Below the pieces are notes generated by a model, which made no database searches, was not told the origin of the DNA, and worked only from the letters and a program-made list of their open reading frames with translations. DNA of 64,000 nt, taken from IMG/VR virus record IMGVR_UViG_3300048908_000112, positions 1-64,000 of that record; one strand, written 5' to 3'. This document shows positions 42,494-51,945 of this stretch, piece by piece (within the stretch, counting starts at the first letter, position 1; each line of letters starts with the position of its first letter). The DNA comes from a virus. The position numbers and the translations under genes are program-made.

Positions 42494-43609
42494 TCATCCA
42501 GTAAGCTTCACTTCCGTCCACTCTGCACCCCGCGTGTCGCGGTACATGGCGGTCATCTTGGCCGACTTGTGACCAAGAATCGCCTGGGCGAAATCCTCGC
42601 CATACTGGTCGGTATAGAGTCGCGCAGACAGGCTCCGCAACTCATGGAACGTTGGTGCCGTCTTGCCCTCATCCCATGTGATCTGCGACTTCTCGCGGGC
42701 GAACCGGAAATATTTCGTGAGCGACGCAGCGGTAACCGGATCGCCGGCATCACGCCCGTTTGCTTTCTTGTTGTAATGCAGCATGGAGCGTGATACGAAA
42801 CGGTCTCGGCATCGCTTGATGACGTCTTCCAGCGACAGGCCGATGACATCAAGTCGGACCGCTACCGGGATACGAATCTTCACCTTGGTCTTTTTCTGCG
42901 TCACGAACAAGAACCCGTCCTTGACGTCCGAAAACAGCATACTCGCGACGTCCTCACGACGCTGGGCCGATAGCAGGGCAAGTTCGAAGCTCCGCGCAAC
43001 CCAGGGATCGAATTCTTCGGCGGCCTTGTAGACTTCCAGGAAGTTTTCCCATGTGAGGCGCGATCGCTCAACTTCGAATTGCGGGACGCGTGTCACCGTG
43101 ACGGGGTTCTTGCCGGTCTCAATCAACCCTTTGACCTCGGCTTCGCGGAACATATCCAGCAAGGTCTTGCGCATCAACGCGGCCATTTGTGCGCCCCGCT
43201 TCGTCGCTGCTTCCTCGATGAATGTCGACACCTCGTCGGTCTTGATTGACCGAAGGTGCTTCCTGAGAAACGGCGCCGTGCGGATTGCGCGGATGCCGGC
43301 CTTAACCGTCTTGATTGTGGCCTCCGTCCCTTTCCGCGTGTCGATGTAAATCTGCTCGTACTCGCCCGTCCAGTCGTCCAGCGTCTTCCCGGCTGGCTCC
43401 AGAAGCTTCTGTGCCAGATTGATGGGGCCGCGACGCTGCTCGACCGCCAGATTGGCGGCCCGCGCCTCGGCGAACGCCTTCCCTTGGTCACGTCCGAGAC
43501 CGTGACTTTTCTTCGTGTCCGGGTCGCGCCAATAAAAATAGCCGGCACCGTTCTGATTCAGATGTGCCGGCCAGTTCCTTCGCTTGGCTTCCCTTCGCCT
43601 AGCTGCCAT
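42494..43609 (-). CDS. int: Tyrosine integrase
   Basis: SAQRREDV (Arg), FHELRSLSARLY (HxxR), ILGHKSAKMTAMYRD (His...Tyr). Confidence 0.9.
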   Translation of the reverse strand: MAARRREAKRRNWPAHLNQNGAGYFYWRDPDTKKSHGLGRDQGKAFAEARAANLAVEQRRGPINLAQKLLEPAGKTLDDWTGEYEQIYIDTRKGTEATIKTVKAGIRAIRTAPFLRKHLRSIKTDEVSTFIEEAATKRGAQMAALMRKTLLDMFREAEVKGLIETGKNPVTVTRVPQFEVERSRLTWENFLEVYKAAEEFDPWVARSFELALLSAQRREDVASMLFSDVKDGFLFVTQKKTKVKIRIPVAVRLDVIGLSLEDVIKRCRDRFVSRSMLHYNKKANGRDAGDPVTAASLTKYFRFAREKSQITWDEGKTAPTFHELRSLSARLYTDQYGEDFAQAILGHKSAKMTAMYRDTRGAEWTEVKLTG

Positions 43610-43820
43610 TCCCTATCCTTCGGGCCATTTCCCCGTCTAGATCAGCATATACCGCGTTCGGCTCGACAAAGTATCGACGCCCGATCTTGATGGGCGCCGG
43701 CACGATCCAGCCGTACTGGCGCCAATTGTAGAGCGTGTTTCTGTGTGGCTTGGCTGCGCCGAATATGCGCTCAGACCAAGCCTCCAGCGTTATCAGCTTC
43801 GGCATTTCCGCAACTTCCAT
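43599..43820 (-). CDS. xis: Excisionase, lambda Xis-like
   Basis: LITLEAW...NTLYNWRQYGWIVPAPIKIGRRYFVEPNA...RRIGNG parallels lambda Xis LTLQEW...RRWVRECRIFPPPVKDGREYLF...KRIRNG. ATG 43820 follows a GGAGGG SD. 11-nt overlap with int. Confidence 0.75.
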   Translation of the reverse strand: MEVAEMPKLITLEAWSERIFGAAKPHRNTLYNWRQYGWIVPAPIKIGRRYFVEPNAVYADLDGEMARRIGNGS

Positions 43821-43830
43821 AATCCCTCCG

Positions 43831-45015
43831 CTATGCGCCTTTGACACACAAAACCTGTTTCAACACATGAACGACTTCGACCAGATCGCGCTGATTTTCC
43901 ATCACGACGTCGATGTCTTTGTACGATGCCGGAATCTCGTCGAGCACAGCATCATCCTTCCGGCACTCGACGCCTTCCGTCTGGGCGGCAAGATCGGCGA
44001 TAGTGAATGTGCGACGAGCCTGCGCGCGGCTCATTTTCCGGCCGGCACCGTGCGAGCATGAGCAGTACGATTCCAGATTGCCCTTGCCGCGGACGATGTA
44101 GCTACGTTGGCCCATCGATCCGGGGATAATGCCTAGATCGCCTTCGCGTGCCCGAATTGCGCCCTTGCGAGTTACCCAAAGGTTGCGCCCGAAGTGGTTC
44201 TCGCGCTCGACATAGTTGTGGTGACAATTCACCGCCTCGTGCGTTATCGTGAACTCGATCGGGATATGCCGGCGCAACGCAGCAATAACCGCATCCATCA
44301 TCACCCGGCGATTCTCAAGCGCGTAGTCCTGCGCCCAGTTGACTGCCTCGACGTAATCGTTGAAGTCGTCCGTGTCTTCCGGGAAGTAGGCCAGATCGCC
44401 ATCAGGCAGGCTGATGAAATACTGCTCCATCCGCTTCTTCGCCTTCTCGATGAAGTAACGCCCGATCAGGTTGCCGACACCACGCGAGCCACTGTGCAGC
44501 ATCACCCACACGTCCTGCGCCTCATCGATGCACAGTTCGATGAAGTGATTACCGGAGCCAAGGGAGCCGAGTTGGCGCGCGGCATTCTTGTTGAAAATTC
44601 CCGTATGCTTGTCGGTGATGAATCCATACCGCACAACGAGTTCAGCGGGCATCGTCGGCATCCGGTCAGGGTCATGCGCACCGCCAGCGCCAAGCGGCAC
44701 ATCACGCTCAATCTGATGACGGATTGCGGCGAGACTATCCGGGAGGTCGGACGCCTTCAGCGACAAGCGAACCGCGTTCATCCCGCACCCGATGTCGACG
44801 CCGACCGCTGCGGGCACGATAGCCTTGTCCGTCGCGATCACTGTGCCGACCGTTGCACCGATGCCAGCGTGAACGTCGGGCATGCATGCAACGCCATTGC
44901 CAGCGATAAACGGCAGGCGTGCGATGTTCTTCAGTTGCTGGAGCGCTGAGTCTTCGACTTCGTCGGTCCAGATTTTGATGGGCCGCGCGCCTTCTTCGTT
45001 GATGACTTTCTTCAT
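43831..45015 (-). CDS. rtcB: RtcB-family RNA ligase
   Basis: MPDVHAGIG, VGVDIGCGM, GSGNHFIE, HSGSRGVGN, NCHHNY, PGSMG, SCSHGAGR cover the full RtcB motif set. The start at ATG 45015 is preferred over the track start 45210. Confidence 0.9.
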   Translation of the reverse strand: MKKVINEEGARPIKIWTDEVEDSALQQLKNIARLPFIAGNGVACMPDVHAGIGATVGTVIATDKAIVPAAVGVDIGCGMNAVRLSLKASDLPDSLAAIRHQIERDVPLGAGGAHDPDRMPTMPAELVVRYGFITDKHTGIFNKNAARQLGSLGSGNHFIELCIDEAQDVWVMLHSGSRGVGNLIGRYFIEKAKKRMEQYFISLPDGDLAYFPEDTDDFNDYVEAVNWAQDYALENRRVMMDAVIAALRRHIPIEFTITHEAVNCHHNYVERENHFGRNLWVTRKGAIRAREGDLGIIPGSMGQRSYIVRGKGNLESYCSCSHGAGRKMSRAQARRTFTIADLAAQTEGVECRKDDAVLDEIPASYKDIDVVMENQRDLVEVVHVLKQVLCVKGA

Positions 45016-45071
45016 TTGATTTTCCATTCCCTCGCGGTCACCCGCAAAATTCGTTGCAACGCTGCTTCCAT

Positions 45072-45194
45072 CTATCCCGCTAACCATTTGATCTTTGCCT
45101 TGCCGCACTTGCAGCAATAGCCGGGTTGGAAATATTGGCCGGTTCCGTTGCTCTGGACGGAATGCCATCGCCATTTGTGCCAGCAGAAAGTCAC
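45072..45194 (-). CDS. Possible zinc-ribbon micro-protein (40 aa)
   Basis: VTFCWHKWRWH...YCCKCGKAKIKW. GTGA overlap with the upstream stop and a GGGAGAGAAGGG SD. Below the track cutoff. Confidence 0.3.
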   Translation of the reverse strand: MTFCWHKWRWHSVQSNGTGQYFQPGYCCKCGKAKIKWLAG

Positions 45195-45376
45195 CCCTTC
45201 TCTCCCTCAAGTTCCAACGCTTCGATCAGCAATTCCGCCTCTTCGACAACGGGTTTCCATCGCCTGACCAGCTCGCGCGCAGATATCAGATCGCACTCGC
45301 GGCACTGGCACGCCCACTTCACGCCGTGGCTGCATTGGTCGCCGATCATCGCTTCGACCTCTCGTAATTCGCCCAT
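45191..45376 (-). CDS. Hypothetical Cys-containing protein (61 aa)
   Basis: CSHGVKWACQCREC. Confidence 0.45.
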   Translation of the reverse strand: MGELREVEAMIGDQCSHGVKWACQCRECDLISARELVRRWKPVVEEAELLIEALELEGEKG

Positions 45377-45516
45377 GCTTGTATAGCCTCGTTTGCGGTT
45401 TGTTCGGTCCAGCCGCGTTGCAGTAGCGCAGATTTGAGCGCGCCGATGTGCCGGATGCTCTGGAAACGCGCCAGATTCACGGCGTCTCGGAGCGCTTGAT
45501 AGACGTCTTCAGTCAT
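45346..45516 (-). CDS. Hypothetical protein (56 aa)
   Basis: Internal ATG with ATGA coupling. The upstream track extension is Arg-rich and looks out of frame. Confidence 0.5.
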   Translation of the reverse strand: MTEDVYQALRDAVNLARFQSIRHIGALKSALLQRGWTEQTANEAIQAWANYERSKR

Positions 45517-45707
45517 GACGCCTGACTCGCAAACATATCTATGGTCTTGGTGTCGCGCTCGGGTTCTGGCTCGACGCGAAGCGCAAACCGCGATGGCGAC
45601 CAATCGCACGATGTGTTGGTGTCCGGGCAGCCAAACAGCCGCGTGCAGTAGTGGTAGTGCTGGCAATCGCTGCAAGTCTTGCCGGCTGGAAGTTGCATGT
45701 CGTTCAT
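45513..45707 (-). CDS. Hypothetical Cys-rich protein (64 aa)
   Basis: ATG after a GGGAGGTG SD. CSDCQHYHYC...C...C. Confidence 0.5.
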   Translation of the reverse strand: MNDMQLPAGKTCSDCQHYHYCTRLFGCPDTNTSCDWSPSRFALRVEPEPERDTKTIDMFASQAS

Positions 45708-45708
45708 T

Positions 45709-46005
45709 TCACCTCCCGGACTCATCGATATACTCCTCTGCATCCTTGGCGCGCGTCTTCCAATACGCCACATCCGATTTCAGCTTGCGAATATTCGCGT
45801 GAATATTCCCGACATCCGGTTCGCCGTCTGCGTTTAGCGGGAACTCGGAGGCGTAGGCGATGCGGGCGGCTTCGAGTTCGGCAATGCGAGCCAACAACGG
45901 CGCTTCTGCTGCTTGCCATACTTCAAGCCTGCCAGGGAATGCGTGACCTTCTCGCTCCTCGTACTCGTCGCGCCATGCTTCGAAGCGTTGTTCTTGTTCC
46001 GTCAT
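45709..46005 (-). CDS. Hypothetical protein (98 aa)
   Basis: Clean acidic, helical ORF. Confidence 0.6.
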   Translation of the reverse strand: MTEQEQRFEAWRDEYEEREGHAFPGRLEVWQAAEAPLLARIAELEAARIAYASEFPLNADGEPDVGNIHANIRKLKSDVAYWKTRAKDAEEYIDESGR

Positions 46006-46448
46006 GCCTTATCTCCCTTCTCTGCGGAGGCCGCGATAGCGTTCAAGGCGGCGTCCCATTCCTTTTGCATCTGCGCGAGTTTCTCGCAGAGATGATTGTC
46101 GAGTTCCTCGCCGCTTCGCTGCGCCATGTTGAACATCGTGTTCGCCATGCGCGCGCCAGCCCGTTTCAAAGCGTCAAACCTCGCATCCTTCACCATTGCG
46201 CTGTCAGCGACGGGGGCGCGGTATAACGGAAACACATCCGGATTGCTCGCGAACTGTTCGTCGATCTGCGCGTAGTGAGGCTTCATGCCGTCCGGCGCGT
46301 CGTTGATGAAGTGCGCAACCGGCTCCGCGCTTCGCGCCTCCAACTCCGCAATCCGCGCGTTCGCCGCCTCAAGCTCAGACCGCAGCACATACGAGCCTTC
46401 AGGGTCGCGCCGCATTCCATCAACGGCCCATGAGTAGTGGTAAGTCAT
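46002..46448 (-). CDS. Hypothetical protein (148 aa)
   Basis: Clean ORF with ATGA coupling. Confidence 0.6.
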   Translation of the reverse strand: MTYHYSWAVDGMRRDPEGSYVLRSELEAANARIAELEARSAEPVAHFINDAPDGMKPHYAQIDEQFASNPDVFPLYRAPVADSAMVKDARFDALKRAGARMANTMFNMAQRSGEELDNHLCEKLAQMQKEWDAALNAIAASAEKGDKA

Positions 46449-46530
46449 TCCGCTTGCTCCCTATTGGCGTACTTCCGCTGCGGGCCATAAACAACTACCG
46501 TAGCTATGAGGATGGCTGCGAGGAAAGACA

Positions 46531-46935
46531 TCACGCACCTCCTTCAGCGCTGTCGCTGGCTGCGATCGGTTCCCACAGCGACATCAGGTGGGCGAGTCGT
46601 GGCTTGAGGTATTCGATCACCGCGGGTTCGTCGGCTCGGCAAACGTCGATGATCGAGCACGAGTGAAATCCCTTGCGCTGAACCATGAAGAACAACTTCA
46701 ACTTGCCGTTTCGGTAGTACGCGTCACCTTTGAACGTCGGGTTGCCATCCTCGTCTTCTTCGCTCCAGTCCCAGCGAAACAGCATGTTGTAATCCATGTC
46801 TGCATCGCCCATCTCGGCGAAGAAATCAGCCCATGACTTGAATTCCAAGATCGTTTGATGCTGATCCTGATTGACGAAATACTGACCCTCGGTGCAGTAA
46901 TACGCGTGCCGTCCTTCCCAAAGGTGCTTAGCCAT
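46531..46935 (-). CDS. Hypothetical protein (134 aa)
   Basis: MAKHLWEGRHAYYCTEG... from an internal ATG. Confidence 0.6.
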   Translation of the reverse strand: MAKHLWEGRHAYYCTEGQYFVNQDQHQTILEFKSWADFFAEMGDADMDYNMLFRWDWSEEDEDGNPTFKGDAYYRNGKLKLFFMVQRKGFHSCSIIDVCRADEPAVIEYLKPRLAHLMSLWEPIAASDSAEGGA

Positions 46936-47617
46936 TGCTGGACTCCTTGTCGCTGGCTGTGGCGCTATCCGAGGCACATATGGCCAACAGAGCTCGTGCA
47001 TCTTCCGCTGAGAGGTAAGCGGCGAATCGACCGCTGTACATTTTTGCGATGCGTTCAAGCTGATTCCGAACGTCACCCGTCAGCTTCTTCCCACTAGCGG
47101 CTGGACTGGCGGTGAACGATGCATTACGTTCGGCTGCGGCGCGTTCAAGACGCTGCTTGTGTGCGGTCAACGAACGAACGACCGGCACCTTGTCGAGAAA
47201 CTTTCCGGGTGCGCGCTCGGCGATCAAGTCGAGTTGTCGGGCTAGCGTGTCGATCGTCAATTCGACCGCCTCCATCAAATGCACTTCCCATAGCGCATCA
47301 TTCCCGCCCGGCTCTGCCGCCGCGTCAGACGGTTGGGAGAGAGCAGCGCGGGCTTGCCATGCGCGCCATGCGACAGCACCTTCTAGGTAGAGATAGCCAC
47401 TGTCTTTGTAGGGACCGAGCCGCACGTCAACGCCATTTTCGTTTGCCCACGCCTCAAACGCTTCCCGCTCGTCCTGCTCCCCCTCTGTCACCACAATGGG
47501 TGCGGGAGCGGATAGTGCGGAGGTGGAAGCGATAGCAACAGCCAATGCGTGCACGTCGAGAGAGCCGCCGTAGTCAATGTGCTCGCGGATGAGTTCGTCT
47601 GCTTCTTCGTAGGTCAT
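46928..47617 (-). CDS. Hypothetical protein (229 aa)
   Basis: ATG 47617 after a GAGGAAAA SD. Confidence 0.6.
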   Translation of the reverse strand: MTYEEADELIREHIDYGGSLDVHALAVAIASTSALSAPAPIVVTEGEQDEREAFEAWANENGVDVRLGPYKDSGYLYLEGAVAWRAWQARAALSQPSDAAAEPGGNDALWEVHLMEAVELTIDTLARQLDLIAERAPGKFLDKVPVVRSLTAHKQRLERAAAERNASFTASPAASGKKLTGDVRNQLERIAKMYSGRFAAYLSAEDARALLAICASDSATASDKESSNG

Positions 47618-47624
47618 ATTTTCC

Positions 47625-47957
47625 TCACTTCGTCGGCTGCTTGACGAGCCGATAGCCGAGTTTGTTTGCCGCGCTCTTGAGTAGGCGCACTGCCGCCTCA
47701 TCATCGCTCTCATCCTGCATCCACGATTGGCCGTCGATTGACCTGAACGTGGTGTAGAAGCCGAGCATGGCGAGCGTCTGGTTATCAGCGTGTACGCACT
47801 CGACGACCCGGCCATAGCTACCAATCCGCGCCATGTCCTGACGCTTTGGGTCACTCGCGTAGTTCATCGCCAGGCTGATCTTCTCGCCGAGCCGAGTATC
47901 GGATTCCCACTGATGGGCCATGTCGTTACTGAGCATCACAACGGTTCGAAATCCCAT
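47625..47957 (-). CDS. Hypothetical protein (110 aa)
   Basis: ATG 47957 after a GAGGAA SD. Confidence 0.55.
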   Translation of the reverse strand: MGFRTVVMLSNDMAHQWESDTRLGEKISLAMNYASDPKRQDMARIGSYGRVVECVHADNQTLAMLGFYTTFRSIDGQSWMQDESDDEAAVRLLKSAANKLGYRLVKQPTK

Positions 47958-48049
47958 TGAGTTCCTCGGAATAAAAAGCGCCCCTATACAAGCGGGCGAA
48001 AGCGCATGGCGGGGATCAGCCAGCCATGGATGGAGAAAATTCCCAGCGA

Positions 48050-48901
48050 TTAATCCGTAACGTCCGGACACGGCTCGCTGGGGGTGCCTCGATCGGCTAG
48101 GCGTAGACCTCGCTGGATGCGTCCGATATACGGGCGTGACAAGCAAAATCGTTCCGCAAGAGCTTTCGTCGTGACCACTCCGCGAAGACTTCGTATTTCG
48201 GCAATCTGCTCATCAGTTAGAGCCGATGGAGTCGGGCCGAAAGCGCGAGCAAAGCTTTTCACCTTGATTTCAGATCCAGATGACAGATCGAGCCGTCCGT
48301 CATGGAACGCCCGCCGCACCCTGTCGTATGGAATTCCTGTTCGCTTAGAAACCTCCCTGAGGCCAAGCTTCTCTCCATTGAATTCGAGTTGATATCCGAA
48401 ATCTCGATTCAGAAGCTGCTCTCTTGTGGTCGCCCAACGGCAATTCCCCGGTTCGTAGTTGCCTTTGCGATTCGGCCATCGGTCCAGCGTTTTTCCTTCT
48501 GGCCTCTCTCCCATGTGCGCCAAGAACGTGGCGAAAGAGTTCCGCCACTCGTCGCAAACTGAAATTCCCTTCCCTCCGTAATCCGGGTAGTTACAGTTTT
48601 TCGGGTTGTGGCATCGTTGTATCGCGGATGTCCATGACTTGTATGTCCTTGTTTGCCTTCGCTTCCCGCTTTGATCTTTCACGGTGGTTAAAGAGCCCGG
48701 CGAAATGACGACACGAGAACAGCCGCATGACGGGTTGGCCTGTTTTGCCCTCAAGGATTTGGCTGTTCGCTCGACTTCCTTTCCGCAGTCGCAACGGCAT
48801 AACCATTTCTTGTTTCCGGCTTTTGTTCTGCCGATCTCTCTAACCGTTACCAACTTACCGAACCGATGTCCTGCTTTGACAATTGAATATCCCATTTCCA
48901 C
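48050..48901 (-). CDS. Homing-endonuclease-like DNA-binding protein (degenerate HNH/NUMOD type)
   Basis: YKSWTSAIQRCHNPKNCNYPDYGGKGISVCDEWRNSFATFLAHMGERPEGKTLDRWPNRKGNYEPGNCRWATTREQLLN is a common phage HEG-like module. C-terminal HTH segments. Confidence 0.65.
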   Translation of the reverse strand: MEMGYSIVKAGHRFGKLVTVREIGRTKAGNKKWLCRCDCGKEVERTAKSLRAKQANPSCGCSRVVISPGSLTTVKDQSGKRRQTRTYKSWTSAIQRCHNPKNCNYPDYGGKGISVCDEWRNSFATFLAHMGERPEGKTLDRWPNRKGNYEPGNCRWATTREQLLNRDFGYQLEFNGEKLGLREVSKRTGIPYDRVRRAFHDGRLDLSSGSEIKVKSFARAFGPTPSALTDEQIAEIRSLRGVVTTKALAERFCLSRPYIGRIQRGLRLADRGTPSEPCPDVTD

Positions 48902-48937
48902 TCCTCAAGGGCCAATCCGTGCGCGCTGCGGCGGTAG

Positions 48938-49570
48938 TCAGGCGGCATGCTCCAGTCCGATCGTTTCCACGACCTGATTGAAGAACGCGCGGGCGGCTTC
49001 GACCTTTTCTTTGATCTTTTCCTCAAGCGCCTTGTCGCGCTCGTACGGGACGCGCGTGATCCGAAGCGACGGGTCGATGTGGTCGACGTAGTGGACGCTA
49101 GGGTCTTCGAACCGGATCAGTTCGTCCGGCGTGTTGACCATGCAGTAATTGATTTCGAACTGGTCGACGTCCCACAGCATCATGTACCCGCGGCCCTGCC
49201 ATTCGTAATCTTTGTCCTGACCAGCAAAAACCGTCGCCGGGAACGTCGCGAGCGACCATGGCGATTTGACGTCGATAATCTTCGTGTTCGGCACGTAGAT
49301 ATCGCACTCGCCCGTCAGCCATTCGTTTTCGCGCCGCTCCGTGTTCTTCACATAGCTGGTGAAAAACACATCGTTGATAAGGTCAATGGAGTGTTGCTCG
49401 GCCAGCGTACCCTTCTCCATTTCCTTCGACGATATGACCCTCTGATACCCGTAGACAAATTCCTTGGCTAGGTCTTCAATGTACGTTTTCGCGCCAACCG
49501 AGAGCGTTTCCGATTTCGCTTTCGGCTCAGTCATGATTTTGCTCAGCGACGAGCAGCGAATCTTAAGCAT
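48938..49570 (-). CDS. YqaJ/lambda-Exo-like recombination exonuclease
   Basis: PD-(D/E)XK-type GECDIYVPNTKIIDVKSPW. N-terminus IRCSSLSKIM is typical of YqaJ proteins. Confidence 0.75.
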   Translation of the reverse strand: MLKIRCSSLSKIMTEPKAKSETLSVGAKTYIEDLAKEFVYGYQRVISSKEMEKGTLAEQHSIDLINDVFFTSYVKNTERRENEWLTGECDIYVPNTKIIDVKSPWSLATFPATVFAGQDKDYEWQGRGYMMLWDVDQFEINYCMVNTPDELIRFEDPSVHYVDHIDPSLRITRVPYERDKALEEKIKEKVEAARAFFNQVVETIGLEHAA

Positions 49571-50072
49571 CTTGGGTTCCCTCCACGGCGGCCTTGATGG
49601 CATCGCTAACTTGCTTCTCTTGATCCTCGGTCAGGTCGAACTGAACGCGAAGTTTTTCGGTCGTGTACTGACCCGCGACGATTGAGGCAATGGCCTTTTT
49701 AAGCCTATCCTCAGTGATCGCTGGTTTTTGCTTCTTCGGGACTTGCGGCCGGATTCGAAGGCATTCAACGATTTCGCCGCCCATCTTCGTCGTGCTGGCG
49801 TAAAGCGTGATGTCCTTTCCCTCCCAGTCCTCGATGTAGGCGCCGTACAACTTGGCGATTGATTTCGAATTCGTCACGTTGAGGATCAGCGGCTTTTGGT
49901 TGGCAAGGTAGACGATCGTGTGATCTTCCTTCTTGCCGCCCATCATCGTCACTTCTTCCTTCTGGACTCGCGAGATGGTCACGGTCATATCGTTGCCGTT
50001 TGGCAGTGCATATGCGCCGATAAAGCGGGGGTCTTGCAGTTGCTTCCAGTGCGTCTTGGTTTGGTTGTCCAT
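49563..50072 (-). CDS. Conserved phage protein (169 aa) next to the exonuclease, function unknown
   Basis: THWKQLQDPRFIGAYAL...MGGKKEDHTIVYL..QKPLILNVTN...ECLRIRP. Its position suggests a recombination or ssDNA role, but this is unproven. Confidence 0.6.
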   Translation of the reverse strand: MDNQTKTHWKQLQDPRFIGAYALPNGNDMTVTISRVQKEEVTMMGGKKEDHTIVYLANQKPLILNVTNSKSIAKLYGAYIEDWEGKDITLYASTTKMGGEIVECLRIRPQVPKKQKPAITEDRLKKAIASIVAGQYTTEKLRVQFDLTEDQEKQVSDAIKAAVEGTQDA

Positions 50073-50118
50073 TTCCGGCTCCTTCGCCGCGATTCCGACA
50101 GTTGATGTTGTGCTGCTA

Positions 50119-50406
50119 TTAGGCCGTGGCTGGTTGATGTTCAATTGCCAACAGGTTCTGAATCTTGTTCTCGATCACCATCACCTCGGCGTGGCACTTT
50201 GCTTCGACGGCGCGTTTCTGTTCGCGCAGGTTCGCCAGCATTCCGGGGCGCGGGTCGAAGTTATCGGGAATCTCGACCTCTAGCGTGTAGTCCATCACCT
50301 TGACCGTCTCTGCATCGCTCGCTTCAAAGGCGAAGAAACAATAGAACGGTTTATCGAAGTACATCGGCTGGCGGCGGTAGATTCCGCCCTGGATCTCAAC
50401 TTTCAT
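50119..50406 (-). CDS. Hypothetical protein (95 aa)
   Basis: Internal ATG 50406, adjacent to the upstream stop. Confidence 0.55.
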   Translation of the reverse strand: MKVEIQGGIYRRQPMYFDKPFYCFFAFEASDAETVKVMDYTLEVEIPDNFDPRPGMLANLREQKRAVEAKCHAEVMVIENKIQNLLAIEHQPATA

Positions 50407-50407
50407 C

Positions 50408-50839
50408 TCATTCCCCTTCGCGCACCGTTTGCGCCGAGTTTTGCAGTTGTTCAAACAGTCGATCCGCGTCGCAGAACACCTCGTACGCATCCAGTGGCGT
50501 CGCGTAGTGCGTGAATCGCTCGTCGTGGAGATGGTGGTAATCCGCCCCCACCTTCACGCTTGTAACGTTGCCTTCGTACATCGGGTATTCGACCAACGAG
50601 GCACCGGCGTGCAAATGCAGAACCTGCGTTGCGTCCTGCCATAGCGATGGGCCATCGAACTTGCTGAAGTGCGGATGCTTTGGGTAGATGTAGGCGTAGA
50701 CACACCAGCGATGCGGACCTTCGTATTCGTCCGGCGTCGCGTTATGGCGCGTTACCTCAATCAAGAAATCCTTTCCCCTGCGTCGCCACACGTCCTTGTG
50801 GTCCCATGCGTCAAGCGGGCTTTTCTCATCCACGCTCAT
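50408..50839 (-). CDS. Hypothetical His-rich protein (143 aa)
   Basis: ATG 50839 after an AAGGGGA SD. HLHAG...DYHHLHDERFTH. Confidence 0.55.
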   Translation of the reverse strand: MSVDEKSPLDAWDHKDVWRRRGKDFLIEVTRHNATPDEYEGPHRWCVYAYIYPKHPHFSKFDGPSLWQDATQVLHLHAGASLVEYPMYEGNVTSVKVGADYHHLHDERFTHYATPLDAYEVFCDADRLFEQLQNSAQTVREGE

Positions 50840-51030
50840 TCCCCTTTCGGTGTACCGCGTCGCACCCATTCGGCAACGAGTTGGTTGTATGCGGCCTTGC
50901 AAGCCTCGCGCGCCTGCCGCTCTTCGTACCAGGCTTGCCCATCTGCCCGCTCGAAGCATTCGAGGGCGCGACCTTTACGGGCTAGCTGGGCTAGTAGTTC
51001 GTCGTTGCTGAGTGCCTGTAGATCGCTCAT
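50836..51030 (-). CDS. Hypothetical protein (64 aa)
   Basis: ATGA-coupled on both sides. Confidence 0.5.
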   Translation of the reverse strand: MSDLQALSNDELLAQLARKGRALECFERADGQAWYEERQAREACKAAYNQLVAEWVRRGTPKGE

Positions 51031-51218
51031 GCCGCCCCCGCCCGAATAGCCACGCCCAGCCACCAGATAACGCCGATCACAACGCCCGTTCCGATCGCAT
51101 ATGCCCATTGCTTGGCTTGGCTGTCGCGCTTCACATTCCACTGGCTGTACGGGCCGAAAGCGTCGTTCAGCGAGCGTGGCGTCCGGTACTGGTAATGCTT
51201 GATATCGCGTGAGAACAT
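51027..51218 (-). CDS. Small membrane protein (63 aa)
   Basis: C-terminal helix GTGVVIGVIWWLGVAI. Confidence 0.5.
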   Translation of the reverse strand: MFSRDIKHYQYRTPRSLNDAFGPYSQWNVKRDSQAKQWAYAIGTGVVIGVIWWLGVAIRAGAA

Positions 51219-51220
51219 GG

Positions 51221-51412
51221 TCAGGCTCCCAATAGTTGTTTTGCGACCAGCCCAGCAATCACGATCACAGCACCTGCTGCGGCCCCAAGCCTGATCTCGA
51301 CGTACAGGCGGTCTACGCGGTTCATGCGCTGCTCGTCGGCGAGGCGCTGGCGGCCCTCGTCGCTGATGGAGACTTGCACTCCCGAGTTGTCAACGACTTC
51401 CCAAGTAATCAT
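51221..51412 (-). CDS. Small membrane protein (63 aa)
   Basis: C-terminal helix AAGAVIVIAGLVA. Confidence 0.5.
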   Translation of the reverse strand: MITWEVVDNSGVQVSISDEGRQRLADEQRMNRVDRLYVEIRLGAAAGAVIVIAGLVAKQLLGA

Positions 51413-51597
51413 CGCGACCTCGAAAAGTAATTGACCTCGGCTTCGAGGCGAAGATAGTGTTCGTCGTTGTGCGCCAGTTCGCGCTCGTCATAACTCGGCG
51501 CCTCATACTCGCCAAACGATTCGTCTGCCGCCCTTTCCTGCAGGAACTCATTTTCCCGTTGCTGCTGCTTAAACTTGCGAAGGCTTCGGTATGCCAT
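51409..51597 (-). CDS. Hypothetical protein (62 aa)
   Basis: ATGA-coupled and highly charged. Confidence 0.5.
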   Translation of the reverse strand: MAYRSLRKFKQQQRENEFLQERAADESFGEYEAPSYDERELAHNDEHYLRLEAEVNYFSRSR

Positions 51598-51720
51598 GAT
51601 GTGTACTCCTATTCGATAAGTGGAGAACCCTGGCGGATCAAACGATTCACGCTGGATTCGTCAGGGTGCCGAGCTTCCCACTCGACTTGACCCTGCTAGA
51701 GCCGGGCTGGCTTCGGGGAA

Positions 51721-51945
51721 TCAGTCCTCTTCCTCTTCTTCGTACCACTCGGGATGCTTTGCCATCAGGGCCGCGTCGAATGCCGGGTCGATGTCCTCAC
51801 ACTCGTTCTGCGTATCCCAATCCATATCCTCGAAGGCATCGATCAGAATTTCATAGATACCTTGGCGAGTGGCTTCATCCGGGATAGCCGGTTGCATTGC
51901 CAGGATGACTGTCTCCATAACGCTTGAACCGCCAGACCAGCCCAT
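51721..51945 (-). CDS. Hypothetical acidic protein (74 aa)
   Basis: Ends in EEEEED. Strongly acidic overall. Confidence 0.55.
   Translation of the reverse strand: MGWSGGSSVMETVILAMQPAIPDEATRQGIYEILIDAFEDMDWDTQNECEDIDPAFDAALMAKHPEWYEEEEED

Noticed and set aside
43831-45210. Full 459-aa RtcB ORF as called by the track
   Set aside because: The first ~65 codons (MRERRGDFLL...) are not RtcB-like and overlap the upstream small genes. Homology-like sequence begins at MKKVINEEG (ATG 45015) behind a GAGGGAATGG SD.
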